Positions 50,901 through 64,000 of a stretch of DNA of 64,000 bases are shown here, piece by piece. Source of the DNA: Felis catus (taxonomy: Eukaryota); contig NC_058368.1 of the NCBI RefSeq assembly GCF_018350175.1, positions 238,640,001 through 238,704,000 of the forward strand, in the 5' to 3' direction. Under the pieces are notes generated by a model. That model was not told the DNA's origin. It did no database searches and saw only the letters and a program-made list of their open reading frames with translations. Position 1 is the first letter of the stretch. Each line of letters starts with the position of its first letter. A program made the translations under genes and the position numbers.

Positions 50901-51854
50901 GCTGCATTTGCACACACTTCTCTCAGGGACAAGGGAGCCAGGGCTGTGCAGCGCGCCTGGAGTCTGGAGAGTAACCAGCTTCAGGCTTGGGGGAGGGAGG
51001 CGCTGTCTGCCAGGATGACCTTGCCCCTGGTCACACCCGATCTTCCCTGACCAGGGGTTGAGATTGCATTTAGCGGAGTCAGAACTGGTGTGTGGGGGGG
51101 TGGGGGTGGGGGTGGGGGGCGGAGTTGCCTCCAGGACTGCGGGGCGAGCTCTGTACCCTAAGGGGGGCAATTACGGGGGCCTCAGGAGGACGAGGCAGAG
51201 TCCCTGTCTGGATGTGTGTCCAGCACTGCGGGGGCAGGGGGCAGCTTTCACAGAAAAGCTGAACATCTTGTTGAACATTTTGTGTTAAGAACACGATTGT
51301 GTTGTGTTGTGAACAAAGCGTGTTGAACATTTTGTGTTAAGATCACGGGGTGAGGTGTGGCTTCATCTGAAGTAGCCTGCACAGGAGGGGACGAGGACAG
51401 CGCTGCTGGCCAGGGCCTCGCACCCCACGCCCACCTGTCCTCCTTCCAGGTTCCAGTTACTTCCTGAGACCTCGGGCCCCAGACCGGCAGCCGCCAGCCG
51501 TCCGGTCCGCTCCTGGGCGAGCGCGTCCGTGGTCGCTGGGTCCCGGGCCAGGGTTGGGCCTGCTCACCATTCGTGTGTCCCATGGAGCAGGTGCAGGTGT
51601 TTGCGTCGCTGAGGCTGTCAGGCTGCAGAGAGCAGTGATCCCCGAAGCACTGGTTTCCGCAGACGTCTCTGGGCCGGCAGGCTGGGGGGGGGGGCTTTAA
51701 ACAGGCTGATCCTATGTGCCGCGAGGTGGGGCAGGGGCAGGGACTGCTGGGCAAGCTGGGAGCGGGTCAGGATGGGTGGGAGGCAGGACGGCCACCTCCC
51801 TGCTTGGCGGCCTCCCTGAGGATCACACACGGCTGTGCGTTGAGAGCCCCCTGC

Positions 51855-52005
51855 TGGGCTCTCTGCAGCCTATGGCCTGGCCACCTGCTTTTGTCAGTAA
51901 AGTTTTATTGGCACGTGGCCCTGCTGCTTGTTCACACCTTGTCTTTGGTGCACCAGGTGCTTGTGATGGCACTGTGGCCTTTTACGGAGGAAGCTTGCCG
52001 GACCT
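51855..52005 (+). mobile_element. MER58-like hAT-Charlie element
   Basis: cctgcttttgtcagtaaagttttattggcac...tggccttttacggaggaagcttgccggacctg. Confidence 0.7.
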
Positions 52006-52487
52006 GTGGCCTAGGACCTTTCCCCCCTTGCTGTCTGTCCTGGCATCAGCACGCTTGAATGATCTGGGTCAGGAGGCTCGTAGAATGCCACAGAATTTGT
52101 GCGTGGCCATTTGCTTGGGGTGGTTTTCAGGAGAAACGCTTTGAGGCAGGAATGCCACGGGGCGTCCTGTCACTGTGTGGCTCGCGTGGCCCCAGACGAC
52201 CCTGGTACTGGGCACCTCCCCTTTGTACTGACGATACAGGGATCTCTCCTCTGTCTTTCACCCAGGGGGTTCAGGGTCTCAGATTTTTGCCTGAATTTCT
52301 TCACACACTGGTTACGAGTGGTGGTCTGAGTGAGGCCTGTGTGCCAGCGTGTGTGAATGGTGCCTGCCCGTATGTGTGTCTTCCGGGCCTCAATTCTGAA
52401 ATTTTCAGTCTGTTGTTTCTTCGGGATAAAACTTGCTTCTTTATGTACGAGTGAGCCCTACACCGTGGGAGCTTCACTGGCTTTGCT

Positions 52488-52688
52488 TTTTAACATTTGT
52501 TTGTTTTTGAGAGCACACGCGAGCATGCGGGGGAGGGGCAGAGAGAGAGGGGGACCCAGAATCCAAAGGAGGCTCCGGGCTCCGAGCTGTCGGCACAGAG
52601 CCCGATGCGGGGCTCGAACTCACAAACTGCGAGATCATGACCTGAGTCGAAGTCAGATGTTCAACCGACTGAGCCACCCAGGAGCCCT
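52488..52688 (-). mobile_element. Can-SINE
   Basis: ttaacatttgtttgtttttgagag...ggggctcgaactcacaaactgcgagatcatgacctgag...caaccgactgagccacccaggagccc. Confidence 0.94.
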
Positions 52689-55600
52689 GCTTGATATATT
52701 TTTTTAAAAGCTCTCACTGTAGAGTTTCTAGAAGCTGTGAGGCCGTGGAGAGTCTCTGGGGACCCGTTTCTGTCCCCTCTGCTGCTCTGTCTTCTGAGCC
52801 GCTGTGGGACACGCCTCTCCTGGTAACAGGCACTTTCTCCCTGTTGCGGCTCTTCCTCTGATTTCACCAGTCGGCCCGGCAGTGTCCTTTATCAGAGGAC
52901 GTGGGCCACGTGCTGCTCTCCACTGCCCCGTCTCTGTGCTGTCCCTGTTTCCGGAACATTCCACGCCTGTCTTGGCCCTCTGTGGTGTTGCGTCCCTGAG
53001 GGGCCGCTTCTGTGCTTGTCTGGCGTTGTCTCAGGCTTTCCGGTGAAGTCACCAGTCACGAGTGTTCTCCCTGGGTGTCGGCTGGCTTGTGACCCTGGTG
53101 TTAACCTTGACCTTGGTTAGGTCAGCGGGTCGGCTTCTCCCCCAGGGCGTGCTTGCCTTGTGATGTGGAGCAGGTCTGGCGCAAGCCGCCACTGCAGCCA
53201 TCGTTCCCGCGGGGGCTTTTCCGGGGCTTTTCTGTCCCCATCCCTCCCTGTGGCTTAGCGGGCGATGCAGCCTGGCAGGTGCCTGTGCCGTCCCCCGTTG
53301 TTCACCCGCGTGTGGACTTGGTACATGTACTGTGACCTTGGACACAGATTGTTTTGGGGGTGGCCAGCGGGAGCCCCGTGCTGGTACTCTGTCCCTTCGA
53401 TGATGTGCTGGGGTGTCCTCAGCCGACAGGGGGGACAGGCAGGTGTAACGGTCACAGGTGAAGAGCCCGCACCCTGCACACCTGCCCCAGCGGCCTGGGT
53501 GTGTGCCGTGCGCTCACAGACACACAGGCCGGGTCTGGAAGCGCTCGCCCAGGTCTCTGGAAAGGGGACCCCGCTGAGGCTTTGGTCTCCTTAGTTCTCC
53601 GGGGTCTGTAGTGCAGGACTCGGTCTGCGCTCAGGGCACTCGGGCCGCTTCTTTGAGCCCCGCTGGGGTGAGTGTGGAGAATGGCATTCGGTGGAATACG
53701 GTCGCTTGTGTTCCGTTTACTGTTTTGTCCATCTTTGTTTCTGCTTTTTCTTTCTCTAAGTGTGAGACACGGGTGTGGTTTCAGAGGCCACGCGAGGAGG
53801 CTGGCTGGTGAGAGCACAGGGTTAAGGTCTGGAAGAAGCTGTGGGGTGCAGACCTCGGGCCGGCTGGGGCGAATGGTGGGTTGTGGAGGTGGGAGGGCCG
53901 GGTCTGCCCGCTCGGGCTCCAGGTGCCATGGGCGGGGACCCCTCGGGGTCTGCCTGGGCTGAGGGATTCTCTGCCGTGCCCAGTGTGGTGGCCCACCATC
54001 GCTGCCCCTCGTCACCTTGAGCCGCCACGGGGACAGACTGGAGGACACCTCCCACCCCCGAGTGTCTGGGGAGGATGGTGACCCTCCTGTCCTTTGGGGA
54101 TTCTGTCAGAAAGTTGGACCGTGGTGGGGTCACCCCACGGGGCCCGCTGTGAGTCTCACTCGGTGCCCTGGGGTCTGAGAAAGCTGGTTTTGGAGACTTT
54201 CCTGGGGTCCTTGCTCTGGGGAGCCTTCCTGCGTGGTGGGTCGTAGGTCAGGACACCAGATGGTGTGGCAGGGGGCTTGGGGCTTATTCCTGAGCAGAGG
54301 GCTGCCCCAGAGTCCTCTCCCCCGACCCCGGCAGGTAGTGCCACCACTGCCTGGCGTCCCAGCACCCGCGGGTGAGCGCCACGTGCCCTTCCTGGGGGCT
54401 AAAACCCTGTCTGTGGTAGACACATTCTGTTCTGTGCTTTTTTCCTGACGTCCGTGGGTGCTGTTCTGTGTGCCCAGGATCTTAAACTTGGGCAGACCTT
54501 CATCGTGGGCTGAGCTGTCTTGAAAACCACGTGCCCGCCGATGGGCTATGCGGTCGCCGAGCAGTCTTTTTATTATTCTAACTTTTTTGTAAGAAGCGCT
54601 GCGGGTCTTGGTCTGGGGCCATCTGGTCATCGCAGGGTTTGCAGACGTGGCTGTGCCCGCCTGGACCTGCCCCTGCGAGCCACACTCCCAGGATGCGGTG
54701 AAGTCGGGGCGTCGCTTTGCCCTGAACACATTACTCGTGAGGTTGATGGGTTTCACGTGGGTTGGGCATATACGCTCTTCTTGAAGCCTGTTGTGACCCT
54801 GGAGAAATAGGTGGGGGGGGGTTAGCCATCTCTCACTTACTGGTCGAGGGCCTGGCTGTGACCCCGCCTGCATGGAGGTCGCCCTTGTCCTTCCTTTCTG
54901 ACGCCATCCATGGCACAGGGTGGCGGCCGTGCCGAGTGTAGGCTCTTGGCAGAGGGTTGGGGGATGCAGGGTCCGGGGGGCACCGTGCCTGTGGGCGGGG
55001 CACCAGGTGGCAGGGCCATGACCCCGGCTTCAGGAGCAGATGGTCAGGGGTCGCCAGCCGCTGTGCAGCGGGGAAGGTGCTCCTTTGGCGCCTGCTCCTT
55101 CTGCAGACCCTGTGGGCAGCCGTCTGGCACCAGGAGACACTGCCGCGGCCTGTGTGCGGGCGGCTGACCACCTCCAGCCTTGTGGGTGGAGCTGAGGCAC
55201 CCTGGCCTGCCCTGGGCCTTCGTGTGGGCACCGAGACCACAAGGTGCAGCTCCCCCAAGGCACACGGACTGTCTCCCCGTGGTCAGCCTGCTGCCTGGGA
55301 AACGGGACTGTCCTGTCCTGGGCGGGGGAGGGGGGGGGTCCTGGATGCAGTGTATGGCCCCCCTTCCCCGGCCTGCAGCTTGGGTCTTGCTGAGTCAGTG
55401 GGGGCTGCACCTGACTCGTGGGAGTGGGGTCCTGCCTGGGGGGCGGGGGGCGGGTGTGTGTGTGTGCGCGCGCGTGTGCACATGCGTGGGGGGGCTGGGG
55501 GGCAGGGTCCTGCCTAGGGGGTGGGGCCATGTGCCAGTGTGTGTGTGCAGGGCGGGGGGAGCCAAGGGTCCTGGAGTCTCACAGGTCCTCCCCAGGCCTT

Positions 55601-55690
55601 TGGCGGAGGGGCTGGGCCCGCACGGGTCTGCAGTGGCCCCCGCCTCCTTCCAGCTGCTCCTAAAACTGACCTGGGCGTTTTCCCCACCAG

Positions 55691-55785
55691 GAGATGGAAA
55701 CTCGAGAGAAAACAGCCCGTTTATTAACCATGTGGATGTGGAACCGGAGAACTGCTTTGAAGGGAAGAACATGGCACTTTTTGAG
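55691..55785 (+). CDS. SLC12A7: SLC12A7 exon 2
   Basis: ccag|GAGATGGAAAC..., DGNSRENSPFINHVDVEPENCFEGKNMALFE, donor GAG|GTGACT; 95 nt, phase 1 to 0. Confidence 0.97.
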
Positions 55786-56143
55786 GTGACTCATGCTTCC
55801 TTCTACACAAAGTGCGAGGGCCGAGGCTTCACTCGGTCACATGACAGGGCCGGGGCCCCGAGACCCCACGGTCTAGTGAGGGGCTGGGGGTCAGGCGGAG
55901 GGCTGGCCTCCTGATTGGACACTGCATGGGGGAGCCCCACACCCCAGCTCTGTGGCCTGGAGCCCCGACCTCTGCTCCTGACCCCAACTGGGGACCGTGG
56001 TGTGCAGGCGTCCGGGACGTCGAGGGCCCGCGTCAGCCCTGTGTGCCCCGGGTGTGGGGCTGGACACCGCAGGGAGCCCTGCTGGCCGCTGCTCCCGTGG
56101 GTTGAGGATCCGGGTAACTAACCCACAGCTCGGCCCCAAACAG

Positions 56144-56266
56144 GAGGAAATGGACAGCAATCCCATGGTGTCCTCGTTGCTCAACAAGCTGGCCAACTAC
56201 ACCAACCTGAGCCAGGGCGTGGTGGAGCACGAGGAGGACGAGGACAGCAAGAGGCGAGAGGTCAAG
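56144..56266 (+). CDS. SLC12A7: SLC12A7 exon 3
   Basis: [41 protein letters not shown]; acag| acceptor, AAG|GTGAGC donor; 123 nt. Confidence 0.97.
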
Positions 56267-58653
56267 GTGAGCCCCCACCCTTCCCCCTGTCCCCTCTCCC
56301 CCGTCCCATCTCTTCCCTTATCCCTGGGACGCTCCCTGAGTCCCAGCAAAACATTGGTTTTGTCTCTCGTCTGCATGAGGTTAGGTTAGGGCAGACGAGG
56401 GCTTTTTCCGACCTCCCATGGTGATTATTGCCCCGGCTCCTGGCCCTGCCAGTACTGCCCACAGGTGCTGTGTTTCAGGGATTATGAGGCAGGGCGGCGG
56501 CCAGGCCAGCGGGACGAAGGTGGCCTGGGGCCTGGGCACCTGGTCTCCCCTCGAGGGGTTGAGCATTTTCTGCAGGATTCCTGCAGCTGGCTGTGGCAGC
56601 CTGGGGGCTCCCTGGCCGCCTCTCCCTCCTCTGCGTACTCTGCCCAGGGCGCCAGCCCTGCGTGCACGGAGTCCCTCCCGCATCCTGTGTCCAGCCTGAC
56701 CTCGGCTGTCAGGAAGTCCGGCCACAGAAGGCACCTCTTACTGTAAGCCAGCAGAACGGATCCTCCCGTTCCCTTGACGCTTGGGCGCGTTTGCTCTGTG
56801 TTTGCGAAGTGCCACCTGCTTGGTCTGGAGTGAGCGACGTGGGGTGTGAGGACTGCCTTGCCCAGCCCTGGCCCAGCCGCCCTCCTGGGGGCAGGGAGCA
56901 GTGCCCTGAAGGACGCTCCCCAGTCCTCAGGAGCCCATGGTGGCCCTGGTCGCAGGTTATATACCATGGATGCTGTGGGCCAGGTGCCATGCTGACAGAT
57001 GCTCTGGGGTTTCCCATGTACCCCGGGCACTGCCTGTGGCCTCACAGGCTCTTCTCTGGTCCAGACTTTGGGAACCGCAGGCATCTTCTGTGCAGTCAGC
57101 ACCCATCGGTGCCTGTCCCTCTGTGCGTGTGCTGGGGCTTCTGTGATGTCCACTGCCTTCGGAACAGGTGCTTTGCCGTGGTGGGCCCGGGTGTGCCGGC
57201 CCCTGCTTGCTCCCCCCGCTGTCCCCAGGCTGCCCGGCTCAGCCCAGTGTGTCCTAGCCTCCCCTGCACGGAAGTGCAGCCCAGACCCCTCAGCATGGTT
57301 TCTGTTGGGACGTAATCTAAGTGTCCAGCCTGGTGGACCTGCACAGCACGTGGCTTGGACCTGTGGCCAGGTTAGGACCTGGGACAACCTGCCCGTGGGG
57401 CAGGTCAGCTGTCTGTCCTCTGTCCCCTGGAGACACTGGGGCAGCTGCCGCAGGCTGGATTTCGGTCACAGGAGGGATCCAGCCACCCTGGGACCCTCAG
57501 CACAACCATCGTCACCAGGTGGACATATTCTGGGTGGCACGAATCAGCCGCCCCACTGAGGGCTGACCAGGTCCTCTGGGGATGGGGGCTTCCCTTACTG
57601 TCCCCTGTGACCAACCAAGCACAGGAGCTCATCCCCAGATGTCCACCCCCTCCCCCCGGCCCTGCCCAGTGAGGGCTCTGGACCTCCCGGCCGGCCGGGC
57701 TGGTCCACCAAAGCCGCCTGTAGGAGCGAACTGCAGGTTCTTCCAGGGTGACTCGGGTCCTGCCCGACGCCAGGTGCAGAAGAGCAGTGGACGCCCTGCG
57801 TCAGCTGGGGATGGCTGCGTGGCGCTTACCTGTGAACGAGACGCCGCCCCCTGCCTGGCACCACCCTCCCTTGGCCAGTGCGTTCCCAGTTTACACAACT
57901 GGAAAGTCCCTGAGTTGCTCTCGCCTGCCCCGCGGCCACTCGAGGGCGCACACAGAAGCCAGGCACCCCATGGGCGGGCAGGCCCAGGCCCTGCGTTAGA
58001 GGGAGCTGAGCGTCCCAGACATGAAGACGCCCACGCGCTCGGGGGTGCCCTCAGAGGGTTTTCCCCAGGGTTGTGGGGTCCCATGGGGCTCTGTGGCCCT
58101 GCCCCGTCCAGGCTCGTGGGGGCAGGCGTTCCTGCGTGGAGATCAGCCCTTTGGTCCTGAGAGTTTACCTGCCTCCTTGAATGTGGGTGCAGCCTGCTGC
58201 CCTCGGGGAGCCCGTCCTTGGGCCACGAGCCGGCAGAGCTGCCTCCAGCCCCTCGATTGCAGCCTGTTCTCTTTCACAGGAAGTGATTTCAAAGCAAATC
58301 TTCCCCAGTTTTTTTGTTTGTTTTTTTTAATTCACCTGAACTTGAGAGGTTTTTCCCTTGAACGTCATCTTGCCTCTCCAGACAGCCCTGTACCACCTGA
58401 CCGTGGTGTCATGTCAGCTGTCGGACAGGACGGGCTGGGCCCCTGGCGTCTGCCCGGCCTATGTGCTGAACTCCTGTCCCGGGGCCCCCGGGGCAGGGCC
58501 GTGCGGCCGGAGCGTGTGGCCCCCGCGGCTTCTCTCCCTGTCCTTCTGTCCTGTCCCGGGGCTCCCGGGGCAGGGCCGTGCAGCTGGATGCCTGCAGGTG
58601 AGGGTCCGAGGGTCCGGCCTCCCTGGAACCGGAACTGCTGTGCTCGCTTCCAG

Positions 58654-58800
58654 AGCCCGCGCATGGGCACCTTCATCGGCGTCTACCTGCCCTGCCTCCA
58701 GAACATCCTCGGCGTGATCCTCTTTCTGCGCCTGACGTGGATCGTGGGGGCGGCTGGCGTCCTAGAGTCCTTCCTCATCGTCTCCATGTGCTGTACCTGC
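58654..58800 (+). CDS. SLC12A7: SLC12A7 exon 4 (TM1-2)
   Basis: [49 protein letters not shown]; 147 nt; donor GTGAGT. Confidence 0.98.
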
Positions 58801-59821
58801 GTGAGTGACTGCAGGTCCCCGGGCGGGTGGCGTCTGGAGGTCAGGGACCCATCCGTGTGGGTGGCCGGGGGCTCTCCAGGGCACTGTGCCCAAGGGAAGT
58901 CGAGTCTTGTGGGGCCGGTGGGCCGGGACCAGGCTGGTGACGGGCCAGCGGGACTCCCGTACCTGCGTCTGTGAAAGGATGCTGGGGCGCACATCCTGGT
59001 GGCCGAGGGCTTTAGAGGGGCGCTGTCAGCACTCATGAGGGTGCTGTGTTTTGCCGAGGTCCCTTTCCGGTTTTGAAGCCCCTGGGCTCCCTGTTCGAAG
59101 GAAGGGCCCACGCCAGTGACTTGCTCAGCCTCAGACCCCGGTTCCCCAGACCCGCCTCGCCCTCACGTCGTCTCTGCAAAACTGCACCAGGCCTCCTTCC
59201 CACTGCTCGTGGGTCTGCCGTGGCCTCTGTGTCCTGGGCACCTGCTCTAAGAGCCACAGCCTTTCCTGTCTTGCTCTCACTGTGGGGACCGTAACTGGCT
59301 GTTCTGATCCCCCGGTGTCACCTGGAGCCCTCTGGCTAAAATTCAGACAACACAACAGCGAGAGTCCCTTGACCTGGCCCCCTGGGGACCTGCCTGTGCC
59401 CCCTACAGCTTTGTGGGCTGTGGTGTGGCTGCCTGAACTGTGTCCCCTTTCTTCTGTGACACTGCTTTTACTGGAGGAACCTGGAGGTTATCTGGAGTAA
59501 TTGCCACAGAAACTTACAAACCAGGAATAAGAGAAGAGGCTTCTTTAAGTAGCAAATGTGCCCAGCAGGACACTTAGCCACACCCCACGGCAGGTGGACA
59601 CTCGGGCAGGAGCCAGCCTTTCACTCCAGGTGGGGTCCTGCGTTGGGTGTTTCTGATGGCCTGCAGGAGCCCAGCTTTGGGGGTTGGGTGGGAGACGATG
59701 AGGAACATTCCGGAGCTTTCCAGAGCCCATGTGGCTGGTTGCTCACCAGTTCCTTTGTGATTGGGCCGGTGCAGCTCCCGGCGTGTTCTCTCTTTTGAGA
59801 GGATCTCCTGTGTCTTTACAG

Positions 59822-59876
59822 ACGATGCTGACTGCCATCTCCATGAGTGCCATCGCCACCAACGGTGTGGTCCCAG
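59822..59876 (+). CDS. SLC12A7: SLC12A7 exon 5
   Basis: TMLTAISMSAIATNGVVP; 55 nt; donor CAG|GTAAGG. Confidence 0.98.
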
Positions 59877-60670
59877 GTAAGGGTGCCGGGCAGGCTGAGC
59901 GGAGGGCCGTCCTCCTCACTTGGTATCGCAGCCCACCGATGCACCGACAGCTGGTGTCCTGGTGTCCCCCAGGGGCACCAAGGTGGGGATCCTGTGCACA
60001 CTTGTCCCCTAGCACCTGGCCTGGCACCCGAGCCTGCTGTGAAATCGGGCTTCTCTGGGTAGGAACCCAAGGGAATACTTCCCCGGTACTTTGTGAAATC
60101 TCACCTATGTCCACTGGTTGGAGGTGCTGGCGTTTTACGAGTTGATTCTTGCCTTTGGTTCTGGAGTTAATTCCCCCAGACCCTCATCCTCTTTCTAAAC
60201 CGAGTCATTTCTGCGGCTAAACTGAAGCACCACAGCGGGCAGTCCCTGCCTCAGGCACCCTCTGACCGGTGTCAGCGGCCGGGATGCTGGAGGGCCTGCC
60301 GGGGCTCTGGTCTGGGGGGCACCTGGCTTGGCCTGGGAGCCTTGGAGTCACGGCTACTTGTAGTGACCGTCCCCGGGACAGGTGACAGTTGGGCAGTGAG
60401 CTCCAGGCGAGGAGGGCAGGGAGGGACCGTGTGTTCCATCTCCAGGTCTTGGGGAGGCTGCCCCCGGCCCGGAGCTGCCCTGGTCCAGCGGGCAGCAGCC
60501 GTGTAGGCGGCGTAGACCCAAGTGGCTGTGCTCCCCGCCCGTTGGGGGCTGGGAGGGGCCTGGTGTGGGATCCAGGGTCAGCTAAGGCGTCGGCCGTGCT
60601 CTGGTGCAAGACGATGCCCGCACGGCCCCAGGTGTCCTCAGCCTTTTTGGGGCAGAGTGCACAGAATTGA

Positions 60671-60964
<294 letters not shown>

Positions 60965-61106
60965 TGACACCGCCTCCTTGGGCCCTCGAAGGCTGACTGC
61001 GTCTGTCTCCTCAGAGCCCACGCAGCTGTGACCCAGTGTCCGTTGGCCACCCGGCGGGTGGGCCCCAGCGTTCTTGCCCAGCGGATGTGCTTGCTGGGCC
61101 GCAGGC

Positions 61107-61175
61107 CTGAGCCCAGGGTGGGCGGGGGGGCCGGAGCCCAGGGTGGGCGGGGGGGGGGCCTGAGCCCAGGGTGGG
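61107..61175. repeat. About 25-bp G-rich tandem repeat, 2.7 copies
   Basis: GAGCCCAGGGTGGGCGGGGGGG(GG)CC units in intron 6. Confidence 0.8.
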
Positions 61176-61629
61176 TTTGGGGACCTGGCCTTCAGGGCCG
61201 TGGCCGCTGGAGGAGGCAGGGCTCCCAGAAGAGAGCTCCTTGGCCACGAGTCGGTCCTTTCTGCTGTCCGCGCTTGGTTCATGTTGCACGTGCCCGGTAG
61301 GGCCTCCCAGATGGTATCATCGCTCTCAGGTGGTCGGGCCGCGGGTGCCCCCTGGCCTTGCGGACTGGGCTGGGGGTGCCACCCGAGGGCCAGCCTCCAC
61401 GACACCAACCCCAGGCGGCATTCCTATGAATCTTTCTTCTCTGCTCTCGGGTCTTGGTGGCAGCACCCAGGGGCCCACCGTGAATGGGTTCTGGCGGGCT
61501 GGGAGCCCGCAGAGGGGGAGGGAGCCCAGCACCAGGTCCTACAGACAAAGATGGCCTCCCCCGGGGGGCCATCTTCCAGCCGGGGGTGGTCGGTGGCCAT
61601 CCTCGACCCCCTCCCTCTGTCCCCCACAG

Positions 61630-61871
61630 ACCTACATCTCCCCCAGCGCAGCCATCATCCAGGCGGAGACGGTGGGCGACGAGGCCGTGGCCATGCTGCA
61701 TAACATGCGCGTGTACGGGACGTGCACGCTGGTGCTGATGGCCATGGTGGTCTTCGTGGGCGTCAAGTACGTCAACAAGCTGGCCCTGGTGTTCCTGGCC
61801 TGTGTGGTGCTGTCCATCCTTGCCATCTATGCCGGCGTCATCAAGACCGCCTTCGACCCGCCGGACATCCC
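61630..61871 (+). CDS. SLC12A7: SLC12A7 exon 7
   Basis: [10 protein letters not shown]...[10 protein letters not shown]...[39 protein letters not shown]; 242 nt; phase 0 to 2. Confidence 0.98.
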
Positions 61872-62583
61872 GTGAGTCCCGCGCCTGCGAATCTGCAGCT
61901 CCTCTCGTCAGCCTGGTCTGTGCCCGTGGCCGCGTGGTCGGGATCGGGGATGAGCCGTCAGGACTCTCGTGCACCTCTGCCACCGGCGAGGACGGGACGG
62001 GTCTGGCAGAGGTCGGGGTGCGCAGGGTACTGGTGGCCCTAGGACAGTCAGGCCCTGAGCTCCTGGGGTGGCCTGTCCTCGGTGCCCTCTGTGCGTGGCT
62101 CCCCTCGTCCTCACAGAAGCCCCCGAGTGGGTTCCTTTCTCGTCCCTCCTCCGGATACGGATGCCAGGTCCCAGGGAAGTGGCCCAAGGTCACAGAGCGA
62201 GTGACGAGCTGTAGAATGTCCGGTGCTTGGGCCGGCCGGATAGGCCCAGCGCCCACAGGGCTGATCTGGGAGGGGCCTGGCGGGGTGGGTGGCTGCTGGT
62301 GTCGAGCCCCCCGGCCCCTCCACGTGGGGGGAGCTGCCTGTGTCAGATGCCCCAGGACGGGCCGTGAGTCCGCAGCACACTGTGAGGAGCCCGGGACCCC
62401 GAAGTGTGGTCTCGAGGGGCTGCTGTGTCGACACCCGTCCCTCCCAGCTCACGCAGCGTTCCCATCACGCAAAGTGGAGCGTCAGAAGCGATTTAGCGGC
62501 CCCTGGCCCCGGTCGCCCAAGAAAAGCAGTAGTGGTTTCAGAAGAGGCCCCCACGACTCCTCACGCCCGACCACCCGCTCTAG

Positions 62584-62795
62584 GGTCTGTCTGCTGGGGA
62601 ACCGCACCTTGTCGAGACGCGGCTTTGACGTCTGCGCCAAGGTCCACACCGTCAACAACAGTACGATGCCCACGGCGCTCTGGGGTCTCTTCTGCAACAG
62701 CTCCATGCCCAACGCCACCTGTGACGAGTACTTTGCCCAGAACAACGTCACGGAGATCCAGGGCATCCCTGGCGTGGCCAGCGGCGTCCTCCTGG
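62584..62795 (+). CDS. SLC12A7: SLC12A7 exon 8 (large glycosylated extracellular loop)
   Basis: [10 protein letters not shown]...[25 protein letters not shown]; four conserved Cys; 212 nt. Confidence 0.98.
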
Positions 62796-63177
62796 GTGAG
62801 TCCCCCCCACCCCCGCACCCCAGGCGGGCGGGGCCACGCCTCCCCTCCCCCACAGTCCACCCGCCGGGTGGCTGTCTGTCCTCCCCGGAGCTGCTGTCAC
62901 CACACAGGGTGCAAAGGCAGTGGGGTCAGTAGACCCTTTATATCTAGGAGTTAGCCGCTAGGTGCACAGGAACTTTCCAGGTTCACTGGAGACTCACAGG
63001 GCTTTTCCGTTTCTGTTCTGTCTTCTGGGAAGACACACCTCACGTCTTCCTGTGAAGTTGGAGCCCACGGGAGCTTGGGAACCCTTTACCGCCAGCCACG
63101 TCTGCTGGGGCCTCCCTGAGTCAGGAGCACCTGCAGAAGGTTCCGGAATCTTGTTACTGGTCTGTTGTCGCCCACAG

Positions 63178-63345
63178 ATAACCTGTGGAGCTCGTATGCA
63201 GACAAGGGGGCGTTTGTGGAGAGGAAGGGCACACCGTCGGTGCCTGTGCCCGAGGAGAACAGAGCCAGCGGCCTGCCCTACGTCCTCACTGACATCATGA
63301 CCTATTTCACCATGCTGGTCGGGATCTACTTCCCCTCTGTGACCG
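63178..63345 (+). CDS. SLC12A7: SLC12A7 exon 9
   Basis: DNLWSSYADKGAFVE...LPYVLTDIMTYFTMLVGIYFPSVT(G); 168 nt. Confidence 0.98.
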
Positions 63346-63823
63346 GTGAGGCCCCCCCACCGCGCACACATGCCCTGGTCCCCTCACTCTCCATTTGGCC
63401 CCAGAAACAAGCCTCAGGATCTCTGCTCCTGTGTGCTGTGGTTGGGGTGCAGGAAGGGGCTTTGTCCCAAGCTCTCCTGAGAGGCCGTTGTCACTCAAAG
63501 GAACCGTGACCATGGCGGCCGGGAGTGGACACGCTTTCTTCCACACCGGTGCCTCCTCCCCTGCACGTGTGCACGCGCACTTCCTGCCGGGACACCCCTC
63601 GGCGGCCGCGTGTGCGATGGGAGCCTGCCCCACCCCGGCCTGGCCCTGGCTCCCTGAGCCGCCCGCAGCCGATGCTGTGTCTGCCCGTGTGGCTCTTGCC
63701 AGGGGCCGCTTGCAGCCGTGCTCCTGCTCCGGGAGCCCGGTCCGCATGGCCGCCTCGCCAGGCTTCACCTCCGCACCCTCTGCAGCCACGCCGTCTGGGG
63801 ACTGGGGGCCGGGGGGCTGCTGA

Positions 63824-64000
<177 letters not shown>

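Noticed and set aside
61279..62256. 325-aa antisense ORF over exon 7
   Set aside because: Shadow of GC3-rich sense codons; no recognisable protein.

Overview
This is GC-rich mammalian genomic DNA, most likely from a felid, judged by cat-type Can-SINE/SINEC_Fc elements and a carnivore LINE-1. It holds the 5' half of SLC12A7 (K-Cl cotransporter KCC4) on the + strand: canonical first exon 41302-41431 (MPTNFTVVPV...) and exons 2-10 (55691-64000, truncated at the window edge). All splice sites are GT-AG and all phases join in frame. About 29 kb upstream, in its own CpG island behind a GC-box minisatellite, is a second coding first exon (12127-12316, MSQRFMVTP...). It has a strong Kozak context, a phase-matched donor and an RFxV SPAK/OSR1-docking motif that the canonical N-terminus lacks, making it a candidate 'a-type' KCC4 isoform analogous to KCC2a/KCC3a. 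The window starts with a decayed, retrotransposed ferritin light chain (FTL) pseudogene on the - strand, with target-site duplications, poly(A) signal and a loop-mutated iron-responsive element. The rest is intronic or intergenic sequence with SINEs, L1 fragments, LTR and DNA-transposon relics, and simple repeats. Most ORFs in the track are artefacts of high GC content. Repeat family names and cross-species comparisons are from memory and were not computed.
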